Source: Acanthaster planci (taxonomy: Eukaryota). From it: DNA of 62,000 nucleotides. Both the position numbers and the translations under genes were made by a program. The number at the start of each line of letters is the position of its first letter. The first letter of the stretch is position 1. The DNA lies in NCBI RefSeq assembly GCF_001949145.1, contig NW_019091406.1, forward strand, positions 1-62,000. The letters are read 5' to 3'. Positions 27,001-37,870 of this stretch are shown here, one piece after another. The notes below the pieces were generated by a model. It was not told the origin of the DNA. It saw only the letters and a program-made list of their open reading frames with translations, and ran no database searches.

Positions 27001-29970
27001 ACGCCTGATGACTACAAAATCTGACAGCCCTGTGTTGGTATATCTGGACAAACCTACAGAGCCTGCTGAGTCTCTGACTATAGAGATTATTGCATATCAG
27101 GGAACTCAACCTGCCCTCAGAGTAGACTTTTTTGGATGTGCTGGACATTGTGAGTTTTCACTAGTTTTCACTTTACTGATTACGTGCATGTCTGTGCATT
27201 TTGATAAAGCAACTCATAAATTCAACACGACTTCTTTTATATTTATACTAAATTTTAGGGAACAATTGGAAATGGAGTGTGATAGGCAATTATATCTAAA
27301 ACTTTTGGAATACTGGTTAGTCAGTTCAGTTGGACGCCAGAAACACTATTTTTTAAACTCCTTTAATTTGCTAGCTGGGTGGTTTAGGATAACACCAAAA
27401 GTAATTGTATGGATATCAATATAACATGGTTGAAATCAATTGTACATGGGATTACTGAGGGGGTGACAGAACTCTACTGGAATTATAAAGAAGGGGAAAT
27501 CGTTTCCTCTCCTGTTGTTTACTTAATTCACATTTCACCTAAAACTCATTTTTTTTCTTGCTTCACCAGCACTGACAACCACAAGAAAATCCACATTTGA
27601 GAGGATCACATCTCCACAACAGGTCATAACAACTGTGACTGAATCAATCAATAATGGTAATGTACAACCTTGAAGAGTTCTCCTACTTGTTCAGCATTGC
27701 TGAGAAGTGTTTCTCAGTGTTATCTCTGTAAAATTTTGTACAGTTATATTAAGCATTCCCAATGAAGAGACAAATTCAAACTGTGATCAATCTATGAAAT
27801 ATTAACCATTCTAGCATGTCACAGATCAAGATGAAAATTAGTTTAAAAGAGACTGCATGAATGAACTTACCACACACGTCACCACAAAGTATTTGCAGAG
27901 ACATTATTCGTAGCACCTAGTCATAGCATTGAAAAGCATTTATTGAACACATACTCGTACACGTGTTCTGTATGTCACAGTTGTCACAAGCACGAGGCAG
28001 ACCGTCGAATCATTGGAAACTACAACTCAAGCCACCACTGAGGAGACACAGACACCACATGTGGGTGTTACTATAGCCCCTTCAGAGGAGGAGGGTGGTA
28101 CCACCGAGACAACAACTACAACTGAGAGCACCACAACAGGTAATTAAGATGTCAACAATTTAAAGATATATACCATTAAAGAAATATACCACTGTTGGGA
28201 CTTGTTAAGTGCTTTTCTTCTGCCGTAGGCCCTTCGTGGCAGTTGCTGTCAGTTGTGTCTATTTTTAAATCTTGTCCAAGATACAGTTCTCAGAGTTAAC
28301 AACAAATCTGAAACTGTATTTTACCTGATACAAATAGAAATTTTTGATGAAATGACAAATGAATATCTTTTCGTTCTTTTTTCCAACCAGAAGCCACTGG
28401 GTGCATGTACAATGGCAGAATGTACCAGGTAATTAAATATTTATGCGGACCATCTTTCAGAACATTTTTGTAAACGTATAAGTAATTCAAGCTATCGTTT
28501 ATGATGACATTAACATTGTTCTTCAACATTGTATCATTTCAAATAAGAATACTTTCATTTCCCCATTTAATGTTGCCTGAAAATCTACAAATAAGTGAAA
28601 CTTCAATTTTAAAATCCTTTTATATTAGAAGCTGGTAAATATTTGACTTTTAACAATTATTATGCTCACAATTTTAGTATGGAGAAGAGCTGCCATCACG
28701 TGACCCATGTACCCGAATGCTTTGTGAATTGGGATCTGGAATCCTTGAAATAAGGGAAGAGTGCGACCTCAGATGTGATGTAAGTGCCCACTGCGTGAAA
28801 TTAATCTGTTTACTTTCAGAACAATGTTTCCATTCCATAACTATATAAAAAGTTGGTTGATTCAATCCTCTGCACATTTTCTTTAAATGTAAAACACCTG
28901 CTGCACTGTTTAAGAAATTAATAATAGCTAAAACAACAAGTTGCAAAGTGATGATTATAGCATTACTCAGAGGGTTTGGTTACTATGTCTTTGGAGACAT
29001 AGAAAAGTGAATTTCTGCACAAAGAGTTAATGTGCAGTTACTTTTTTCACTACTTTAACAATAAAGGGATACTCAGGATTGAGCGGCTTCATTCTTAAGC
29101 AGCCAACAGAACCTTTATTCTTCTTTTCCTTTGTATCTGAAAAACCCGCAATAACTTTAACATTTCCTGAATTAACTTTCAGGGAAAACTAAGGTACATT
29201 GAGGAGCAATGCTGCCCTGTGTGTGGTGAGTGAAATTAACTTGAGCATTTTCATTCTTTTAAGTTTGTGTAACATACCTTCCATTCACAATTATTATTCA
29301 AAACAGCATTGCAAGGTTTTGTTGATGTCACACTTAATAGCAATTATGGAAAAAACTAAAACAGAAAACTCACCATAATCTTAGACAGGCACCAAATATG
29401 TAGAAAAGAGTGAAAATGGATATAAAATTGAAATGGTATTGATATATTTATTCCCCAGAAAGGATTCCTTTCAAAATTGGTAGCCTATTTCAACACCTTC
29501 ACAAAGAACAAAAAATAAAGCATGTTTGTTAAAGTCTATATGTAGTTGGCATGTCGACCGTAATTCAAACATTCCTGTATGCCTTCGAAGTTACATGATG
29601 ACCAACAACCTGTTTTCTTTCTTGATATATGTACACAGAAAAAGAATCTAAGCAATGTCTTCGGGAGAGCAGACTGGAAACACTGAGAATTGGCAATTGC
29701 ATCTCTGAAGACCCTGTGGAGTACACTTCCTGCACAGGTGGATGCCCATCCCGGGCATTTGTCGACATGTTACCAGGGAGTGCAGAGCTACGCAATGATT
29801 GCCAATGCTGTCAACCTATGAGCATGGGTGTACGAGAGACTAGAATGAACTGTGACGGTGTCATACAGGAATACAGCTACCAAGTCATTGAAACCTGCAG
29901 CTGTACAATCTGTACCTCCAGTCAACCTAACAATCCTGACCAGTCAAACAATTCCCCAAATGGTCGATAA
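1..29970 (+). CDS. Giant mucin-like secreted glycoprotein, 5'-partial (PTS regions + 7 discoidin/F5-8C-like domains + VWC-like + CTCK)
   Basis: About 48 exons inferred from splice sites with consistent phase: 1-119, 292-342, 2418-2504, 2620-2942, 3181-3340, 3459-3623, 3751-3906, 4107-4148, 4312-4389, 4523-4972, 5106-5243, 5754-7921, 8047-8295, 8801-9862, 10582-10986, 11079-11255, 12008-12148, 13022-13105, 13389-13457, 14223-14303, 14579-14647, 15183-15239, 15475-15543, 15640-15714, 16011-16079, 16528-16644, 17068-17354, 17891-18050, 18460-18645, 19530-19792, 20221-20377, 20854-21048, 21573-21761, 22142-22368, 22874-23033, 23621-23809, 24261-24511, 24860-25010, 25246-25413, 25760-25897, 26234-26538, 26990-27149, 27570-27656, 27981-28139, 28391-28428, 28678-28779, 29183-29225, 29639-29970 (stop TAA). 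Gap-free PTS exons are phase 1-1 with lengths divisible by 3. The start lies upstream of the window. Confidence 0.88.
547..2265. repeat. Near-identical ~760-bp direct duplication (547-1306 / 1509-2265) flanking an N gap; probable assembly or haplotype artefact
   Basis: Both copies start ggaaacctcatgc and differ only by scattered substitutions and small indels; each abuts the gap. Confidence 0.85.
2620..3340 (+). CDS. Mucin discoidin/F5-8C-like domain 1 (exons 2620-2942 + 3181-3340)
   Basis: Starts GYCQE and ends LELHVYGC, matching the discoidin C-terminal LRxELyGC motif; only two Cys, one at each end. Confidence 0.7.
4523..4972 (+). CDS. Mucin discoidin/F5-8C-like domain 2 (single 450-bp exon)
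   Basis: ECSED...RKIEIVP...YSLQVELYGC; two terminal Cys. Confidence 0.75.
5754..7921 (+). CDS. Large PTS mucin exon containing a tandem-repeat array (interrupted by an N gap)
   Basis: Thr/Ser/Pro-rich ORF on both sides of the gap; CAG acceptor at 5751-5753, GT donor at 7922. Confidence 0.85.
6030..6603 (+). repeat. Coding minisatellite with a 45-bp unit (TTTPLASTRMSTTLP) and 36-bp variants lacking TLP; runs into the gap
   Basis: Unit gccaacgactactccacttgcaagtacaaggatgagtacgacact repeated about 12 times; degenerate units continue at 7428-7650. Confidence 0.95.
13669..13888. mobile_element. hAT-type MITE, 220 bp, in a mucin intron
   Basis: TIR CAGTGTTGTATTTGAGTCCATCA vs rc CAATGTTGTATTCGAGTCCATCA; perfect 8-bp TSD TTCTGCTT (13661-13668, 13889-13896). 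Confidence 0.9.
17068..18050 (+). CDS. Mucin discoidin/F5-8C-like domain 3 (17068-17354 + 17891-18050)
   Basis: DYCIE...VAWS...VRLVGVDLQG...LRVAFHSC. Confidence 0.75.
19530..20377 (+). CDS. Mucin discoidin/F5-8C-like domain 4 (19530-19792 + 20221-20377)
   Basis: DCMD...ITAIDL...VKNFAV...LKTELVGC. Confidence 0.72.
22142..23033 (+). CDS. Mucin discoidin/F5-8C-like domain 5 (22142-22368 + 22874-23033)
   Basis: NCND...ITELTLQG...MSFTVSY...FTAEFHGC. Confidence 0.75.
24261..25010 (+). CDS. Mucin discoidin/F5-8C-like domain 6 (24261-24511 + 24860-25010)
   Basis: LCDK...PWRPSD...LTISF...VMVNLFGC. Confidence 0.72.
26234..27149 (+). CDS. Mucin discoidin/F5-8C-like domain 7 (26234-26538 + 26990-27149)
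   Basis: ICME...VWMP...VTKFRLKY...TFTG...ALRVDFFGC. Confidence 0.78.
28391..29225 (+). CDS. VWC-like module of the mucin (3 small exons)
   Basis: GCMYNGRMYQ|YGEELPSRDPCTRMLC...ECDLRCD|GKLRYIEEQCCPVC; the CxYNG...CCPxC pattern is typical of VWC. Confidence 0.75.
29639..29970 (+). CDS. C-terminal cystine knot (CTCK), last coding exon of the mucin
   Basis: 11 Cys including CxGxC, CxCC and CxCxxC, as in vWF and gel-forming mucin CK domains; stop at 29968-29970. Confidence 0.92.
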
Positions 29971-30146
29971 ATTCTGAATTTAACACTCTCAGGTACTGTG
30001 CACAGTAGTCACTAATAGATCTGATGATGCGGGTGTTTTGGTTTCTGTTTTGTTTCCCATGCTTGCCTCCTGTCCCGCAGTTATATTTATGTTTCATTAT
30101 TTGAATTGTTGTTTGTTTTGATTTTGAATGTTTAGAATGCCATCCA

Positions 30147-30214
30147 AATAAAGAATTGTCTTAGTAATGGTAAAGGGAGATTTTGCTTAATTTGCCTTCA
30201 GTAGATTGAATAAA
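30147..30214 (+). promoter_or_regulatory. Candidate poly(A) signals of the mucin gene
   Basis: AATAAA at 30147 and 30209 downstream of the stop; more copies at about 31050-31400. Confidence 0.4.
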
Positions 30215-33200
30215 AAGACTACCTACAAAGCACAGTACTTCTGAAAGGCCAAAACAAGTAAATGGAAATGAGAAATGCCACAGTACAATTGATTTTAACA
30301 AGGGTGTTTAACAAGGGTTTAATTGTAAGTAGTTGAGTTTAAGATCCTATTGTTATTGTATTTTCCTGAATATATTTTATTGAAGTGTGCAACATGATTC
30401 CTTATCATGCTTATCTAACATACACAAAATGTACTCTGCTTTGCGTAACTTTGCATTATTTTGCATGTAGTAAAACAGAACATCTTTGAACCAGCTGCCA
30501 AAACTCTTCAAATAAATACCAAGAATGTTAATATCAAGAATGATAACCTCCCAAAGAAAAATATTAGTCATTATAAATGATGTCATGCCTTAATCCGATC
30601 GTATTCTCATTTATAAGAAAAGTTAAATTCACCTCACAGTGTTCTACTTACATGTTCTTTTCAAGTTACTGGTACTTTGGAGATGAAACCCTGCAAATTA
30701 TACAGGGAACTAAAATGTGTCACACATACTTCTTGTATACCTTATGGGCAAAATTCAGATACTGAAGGGCAATGATCAGATTGCACTTGCTTCTTTTTTT
30801 TTCTCTCTCTTCTTTTTCCCTTTCTCCCACAATATTATATGGTCAGGATTGCTCTGCAAATGTAATCCTAATGCCACAGTTTAGAGCCAAACATTCTTCA
30901 TTTTAATACCATATGTAATGACAATGTGTCTTTTGACAAGTCTTTTGTTTTAGAGATTATAAGAGTCTTGCATGCATGTTTTAAGCGTTAACTCCAGACT
31001 TAAGTCTCTGTGTTTACCTTTAACTGCATTTCAAATTAATTTTCTTATTTCAATAAATGAATCATTTTTCTCTGTGTGTCTAATGCACGTGGACACAGCC
31101 TAATCAAACATACAAACAAATTAGATTACCTGCATTTGAGGATAATAAAAAATGATGTTTATTGTTAAGGCAGCTGTCGCTTTTGAAATCAAATTAAAAC
31201 ACCAGATCATTATCAAACAGATTTAATGTAATGTGCATTTGCAACATTAATGATACAATTCACCTCTGTACCGGTATGGAAGACTTTTAAAAATTTCCTA
31301 TTACATTAATTTAAATTGTAGAAAGTATAATAAACTCCCTTTTGCTTTATTTCTAGAGGCAAGCAAATAAACTCTCTTTGCAGCTTAAAATAAACATTTT
31401 GTTGTTCTCATTGTCTGTGGTCAATGGTTGTTCCAAATATTGTTTTCATCAGATGAATTTGTCTTGTTCAAAATGACAGTGTCCTCTGAAACAAAGGAAA
31501 TAATTGAGGTATTTGGGACAAAGCTCCACAAAAAATCAAAGATGAAAGTAATCTGATTTTCCAAGGAAGAGCCCAGTATACTGTTGATTAAGACAGCTTA
31601 TGCATATATAACAACAGAGCTGTATACTTAAAAGCAAATACTGTATAATTTTGCGACTGATTACTAAAGATTTTAGAAGTGTAGCACATCACTTCCAAAT
31701 TAGGAAGGAACTTCTCACATCATCATGATGCAACAATTTGCATTCATAATTGTTTCTAAGTCAGCAATGTAACTAGAGTCTAGCTGTTAAGAGGGGGGCT
31801 GTACTGTTTTAGGGGGCATGACCTGCTCTCCAGCACTTTGTTTACATATAGAAAATCAAGTTTTACATGTAGGGGAGGACCAAGACACAGCATGTGCCCT
31901 TAAGCTATACCACTGTTCCCAGTTCTATATTCTTTGGTCCTAAAGTGACATTCTAAGGTACCTCAGAAAAGATTAATCACTTTTTTAATCAAGAACTGAC
32001 TGAAATGCAATATATTCTCCTCTGAATATTTAGTAGGCTAATTATAACAATCTTTAAAGGTTGTTTAACAGCAACCAGTTGGTATTACCAAACTAACTGA
32101 TTTCAATATGAAATTGCACATAGTTAAGAAAACCACTTTTTCAGACTGGGCTTTGGCAATGGCCAAGCAACCAAGTCAGAAACAGGGCTTGTTTTACATA
32201 AGCTGAGGTGCACAATACTCAAAAGGTAATGATTCCCTTTAAAATAAATCAAATTCCCCTAGGTGTCATGTAAAAGAATTGAGGTACCTGCCCCCCCCCC
32301 AAAAAAAAGAAAATTGAAAAGGAAAAAACAAAAAGGAAGAAGGCAACAACAGAACAAATAATCTTCCACTTTAATTTGTTGAACAGTCTGCTATCTTGCT
32401 TGTTTCTCTTTATTTTTCCACTTCTTGCAATGTGCATCGGTCCAAAAATTACCATTGTAGCCTCTCAGTCTCAGAAAGTCTTCCGTAAAAGGACTACAGG
32501 GGAATTTATCTTGAGATGGAAGCTGCTAGAAAAATGTAAGGTAACAGGACTGCCTTATATAAGGCTTACATTTGGCATTGTAACAGAGACAAGGGGGTAT
32601 CCCCCCCCCCCAGAAGGAAAATGACAAAAGGGAAAAATGGGGAAGGCTGATAAAAAGATTTTAAGGGGATGAAAATTATCACCAATTTGCTTTTTAAAAA
32701 AACGAAATTTATTCCTTCTATTGTTGATGAGTTCATTGTTAATGAGTGTTTCTCCCCCTTTGGAAACTCCCTCCCCCTTCTTAAAAAACTGCCTTGCCCC
32801 CCCCCCGGCCCCTGGAAAGCAGCTGGTATGGCGAAGCGGTCAAGAATGGACACCCACCTGTTAGCTGGTTCGTGATCCATTGCAAATGATGATACCAAAT
32901 AAAACATACTTGGCAACTGTCATTTTTTTCTTGTAGTGACTCCAAAAGTTACGGAAGGCCCGTCGTAGTTTTCAAATTCAAAGGAGACATCACGGGAGGC
33001 TTCGCAGTAGGGCCTAAGTCATCACTAAGTGGACCAGCTGATGTTGCTCTTTAGACACTTTCTAGTGTCATTGTGGTTTTCGCGTGTTTAAGATGTCAAA
33101 CTTCACAAATCAGATGCCAGTGTGAGATGCAACGATCCCACTGTACTTCTGATACATCGTGATGTAGATCTGCGACGGTCGGCATTCGATTCCCGCTTCT

Positions 33201-33299
33201 CATGTCTCAGCGTTCCACAAGCACTGGTATGGTGCGCGGTGAGAGCAGACGACATCTCGATTTTCACAAGAGAAAGTTGCCTGCTGCCCTCTTTTGGTT

Positions 33300-33642
33300 A
33301 AATGTTTGGTGACTGGTACCCTTCAACTAATGCGCACATCAACATAGCAAATGTCGTGTAGATAATCAGTCAAGATGGCAGCGCTCATGATCCAGTGTGG
33401 TTTTTGTGATTGGTTGTGTGAACACTTTACATGCTTTACGATTCACGTTTTATTCTCAGCGAAGCTTGTCACAGACGTACAATGTAGCTGCAGTTGTTAC
33501 CAATGAGCAGCAGCAGTTTTAAAACTGCTTAGAAGTAGTAGTTTTTATTTATTCAGCTATAAAGTCTTGATCATATTGGCAGAATACGCTAGGCCTACCC
33601 GCATAGGCTAATCCACACCATCCATCGCATCATCAGGTAGGT
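33300..33642. promoter_or_regulatory. CpG-enriched putative promoter and non-coding first exon, probably of SNAPC1, possibly bidirectional
   Basis: Local CpG enrichment; CAAGATGGC (YY1-like) at 33371; CCAAT in both orientations (about 33409 and 33500); splice donor CAG/GTAGGT at 33637. Linking it to SNAPC1 is inference. Confidence 0.4.
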
Positions 33643-35048
33643 GATAAAATCTGCAATTTATGGAATTAAAAGGCTTGCCTTGGAGGCCTGGTCATGTAAG
33701 CCTAGGCTAGGTCTAGACCCCTAGAAAGGGCTCTATGTGTACTCCTTCATCTTTACCCCACCTGCAATACTATAGGGCCCGTAAAAAAAATTCCGAACTC
33801 ATTCTATTTGCCACTTCACGAATAAGCCTAACATCTGTTACTGTTAACTGTAGGTATAGACTATAGTCGCTAGGTCCTTAATTTTGCCACCTATGTCAAG
33901 CTGATTGGTTGTCATAGTTGAGCTAACCATTTTAAGTGGTGAAATAAGGGACTTGGCAACTACAGTATATGGTCACAGACGTCACATTCTATTTGTCTAC
34001 TGGTAGCGACCGCAACGGACTACTGTGCATCATCTTCTGCGTAGGTATCGCCGCGTGTGCAAAAGCTGGTAAACACGATCTCGCTAGAGGGGAACCAAAA
34101 CGGCCACGTTGCATGCCTGGTACTTGGCGCCATTGCATTGGAGTCGTGTGTAAATGCATCGCTACGGTACCCTCTACCTATCGCAAAAAGTCCGACAAAA
34201 ATCGATCGAGTTTTCGCTGAGATTTGTTTGATCGAGTTTGGTAAGTCCATTATTATGTAATTTTGACCTTGAACCTGCCCATGAAACTACAGGAAACTGT
34301 CAAAAAATGAAAGTAGGATGTTATATTATCTTAAAAATGCAGACCCTACCTCCATGCACGCTGTCACTTTTTGTCATGAGAAAGAAAAGTACAGCGTGGC
34401 ACCGCGTGGACCGTGCCTGGGATAATCAGAGCGTGTGTCGGTAGGGCACCACACCGCGCACGGTCGCTGTGCGCGGTGTCTCGGAGGGTATTTAACATGG
34501 GCTGCATTTATTTTGGTGCTGGTGCTTTTTGGGGTGCTTGTTTTTGCTTTTTGTTTTGGAATATTTGTGCAACGAAAAGTAACATTTACTCAAATAATTT
34601 ATTTCTTTATTTTTACCTTCTTATTTTGAATTTTTCATTCAATAATTTAAAATTGATGAGGAATTCACAGAAATAGGATTTCTTTTTTTCCTTTTGAGAA
34701 AGAATCTGCTACTGATCGAAATGTCAGGCCCCACATATTTTGTGATAATAATAACAGATATATTTTAAAAATGTCCAGCAATAAATAATGATTGCCTGGC
34801 ACTTTGTTGGTTGCCTTTAAATATTATCACTTGCTGGTTATAACATTTATTAAACTTGGATCAACACTGTTGACTTGTCAATCCTACATGATAAATTTCA
34901 AAAATGTTTTATAGAAAGGGATAGTCAAACTTTGTTTTCATACAATATTGCCTACGCAAACACATTGTAGAAACAATTACATGTACATCAAACATGTATG
35001 TTTTTTAGTTCAATTTGTGTTACGTCTTCTCCCTCCCTCCAGAACATA

Positions 35049-37870
35049 ATGGGTGATGAAATGCAATCTTGGCGCCGGAGAATTGGCTTATTTGTCATGC
35101 CTTCCGTGAAAATTCCGAAACTTCCAAAGCATCCAAGCTGCAGCCATGGCACCAGTGATTCACCATTTTACTGTAGCAGATGGTTAGTGCTTCTGTTCGG
35201 CCTGGCCCTGTTTGTTGTTGCCGTTGATGCAGTCATCGTGCCACAATATAAACCCTTGACATCTGCTGATATTCTCACCAACACCAGTCTCCCCATCAGC
35301 CGTCTCCACCAGCTTATCATTTCTGGCGACATTGAACCTAATCCTGGGCCTGTTGGCTTCACAGATGAGCAACTTAAGGCATTAATATCTGGTGAAGAGC
35401 TTAGTGATGCCCCAGAGGTTCTGCTTAATTTGCATATTCTCCAGCTTCATGATCTGAAGAAGTCAAGCATGGAACTGACCTGGAACGATGCTCTGTTGGG
35501 GCCTGCTCAGTGCTTGAATGTGCAAGTAACTGATCTACCTTCAGGCAAAGCCATTCGAAAACAATGGGAAACAATGCATGACAAGAAGTGAGACCTCCTG
35601 AAAAGAGCCAAAAAAACCCCAGATCTGTTGCAAATGTGGGAGGAGACCAAGTACGCCCTTCCGCAGTCAAAACCACTAGGCCCAAGGTCAACTGCCACAA
35701 CATCCAGAAGTGACGTAGAAGCCCTGCAGCTTGCCAATGAAAGTCTGGCTAGAGAACTACATGTAGACGTTAAGGTTTCTCCACATAAAGTGTCAGTCAT
35801 TGCAAGGCGCGAAAAACGACAAAAGAATACAATCAATGCGCAGAAAGAAACCATCAAGGATCTCCAAAAAAGGTTAGACATCCAGGAAAAAAAGTTGGAC
35901 AAAGCAAAAACTGTAAAGCGAAAACTGAGCTCAGAGAAGGATTTGCTGTCCAGGAAAGCCGCCAAGTCAGAGCAAGATCAAGAGGACACCGCCAAGGACT
36001 ATGAAAAAGTAATGTCTGTGCTCGAAACACAGGTAGGACAACAACACGAGACCATTCTGGACTTAAAGGAGAAAAATGCAGATCTCCTGCAAAAAGTGAA
36101 AGAGAAAAACAGCCAGACTGTGATGCTTACCACCACCAAAGACGGAGTTAGATGTTACACTGCAGAAACTCGGGCATGTGTGTACAAACTCTTGTCAGCC
36201 CACGTAGCCTTTGAAAATGTCCCGAAGGTTATAGAGGCTGTCCTTGAACTGGCTTGCAAGATTGCAGACAGCCTTCCCACGGGCAGAACAGTTGCCCATA
36301 TGAACGATGAGCGACTTCTCCTCTCCCAACGCCAAATGGAGGAGCTCCAGAAGGAAACCAACCTCACCATGGCCACAGATGAGACCCCAAAAGGAGGCGA
36401 TGTGTACATGACATATACAGTGTCTGGAGCCGAGTCATCCTTTGTATTAGGGCTTAGGAAAATGGTTTCAAAAAGCGCTGAAGACACTCTCAGCACATTC
36501 AAATTGATTCTTGATGATATTTCGTACATCTGTAGCTCTACCTGTAGCTCTAATCTCGGTATGCAGATTCTGACACAGATTAAGAATACAATGAGCGATA
36601 GGGCAGCAACTGAGACAAAATTTAATGATTTACTTAAGGCATATAGGGAAGAGTGCCTCCCCAAAGTTGTCCAAAACTGGGGGGATTTCATCTCAGGAAT
36701 CGTATATATGACTTTCTTCACAATGTTGTTGGTCAAACTAATGGGTTACTGAAAGCCGTTCATGCAGATGTGCAGGTGGATTTGTACTTAGCAGACTGCA
36801 AAATATTGGGTATTATAAATAAAATGGTCACTGCCCCACTCTGGCGTGTAACCGAGGCACCAGGTCACATACTTGATATGTGCAACATCTATTCAAAGAT
36901 GCACATATTCTTTAAGGAAATTCTTGATTCCGATGAGAAACTTGTCAACTTTATCAAATGTCGCAGCACATGTTTTGATGAAAGTCTGATTGTCAAAGAT
37001 GAAGTGTTTGAATCTTTGTCAAGTGAATGGCAAAATGATGACATCACATTAAGCATGATGCAACACACCCTCATTGCACTGCAACAACTAACCAGTAGAG
37101 TAACTGCGGATTATTTGCCAGGCAGAAAATACCACAAAATGACAAGATCTACATCTTTCAAAACACAAACAGCCTCAGTACCAAAACACAACATACTACC
37201 GGAGAGAATATTTGGATATCTAGATCACTTGATAAAGAAACGCCCGAATGCATCTGCAATTGCCAATGAAGCCCAGGTTATGTCTGTATTTAACAAAACG
37301 TCACATTTTATTTCATCTCTTGGTCAGGAAAGGATGGCGGAGATGATTAGCAGTGTAATAGGTAAACCAACAAAAGAGTTGCGAGAAAAAGCAAAACAGA
37401 GAGAAAAACTTCGACATGAAGCACTGGTAAAAAAGCAGCAGGAAAAACAAAATCAACTTGAAAAGAGTCAAAAATTGAAATTGAAACGTAAAGAAGAGTT
37501 GACAAACGTAATAATTGATGCCAGTCTTTGGCAGTCAAACCAGCAGGTTGATGATAAAATGGATCAGTGCGAAAGTGACAGAGAAAGGTACCAGGCCTGC
37601 AAGAATCAAATAAAATTTAGAAGGGAAGTGCTGCATCAATATTTGCCAGATGACAAAAAAATCAAATTTTCGGACCAAGGTGCTAAAAAGGATTGGACTG
37701 CCATGCGTGACCACTTGTACAAGTTTATTGAGGCGGCATCATCAGTTGCTTCCAGTAAATATGTATGTTTACATGTGTTTCCATGGCAATATATAATTAA
37801 TACAATTGTGATTTTGAAAGACAAATTACATTCATTTTGTTGTGTTAACCTCAAAAAAATTGTTGACTAA
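35049..37870 (+). pseudogene. Transposase pseudogene with N-terminal TM leader and 2A-like peptide
   Basis: ATG 35049. In-frame TGA at 35589-35591, with the ORFs on either side in the same frame. Frame change at the G-run 36679-36684. Candidate DDE residues: TMATDETPK (D 36378), TMSDRAATE (D 36597), HNILPERIFG (E 37202). Lys/Glu-rich coiled-coil-like segments. Probable 5'UTR intron 34241-35042 (GTAAGT...CTCCAG). Confidence 0.8.
35325..35351 (+). other. 2A-like StopGo (ribosome-skipping) motif GDIEPNPG/P
   Basis: LHQLIISGDIEPNPGP matches the consensus D(V/I)ExNPGP with a hydrophobic upstream tract. Confidence 0.85.

Noticed and set aside
32249..32455. Short minus-strand ORF with an apparent TM segment
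   Set aside because: The hydrophobicity comes from a low-complexity A-rich and C-run tract.
32940..33300. Possible structured ncRNA (7SK, RNase P/MRP, telomerase RNA)
   Set aside because: No diagnostic motifs or telomeric template found by eye; an Rfam scan would be needed.
33773..33790. TAGGGCCCGTAA as the left end of the transposon
   Set aside because: No matching TSD; the end at 34004 gives a perfect 7-bp TSD.
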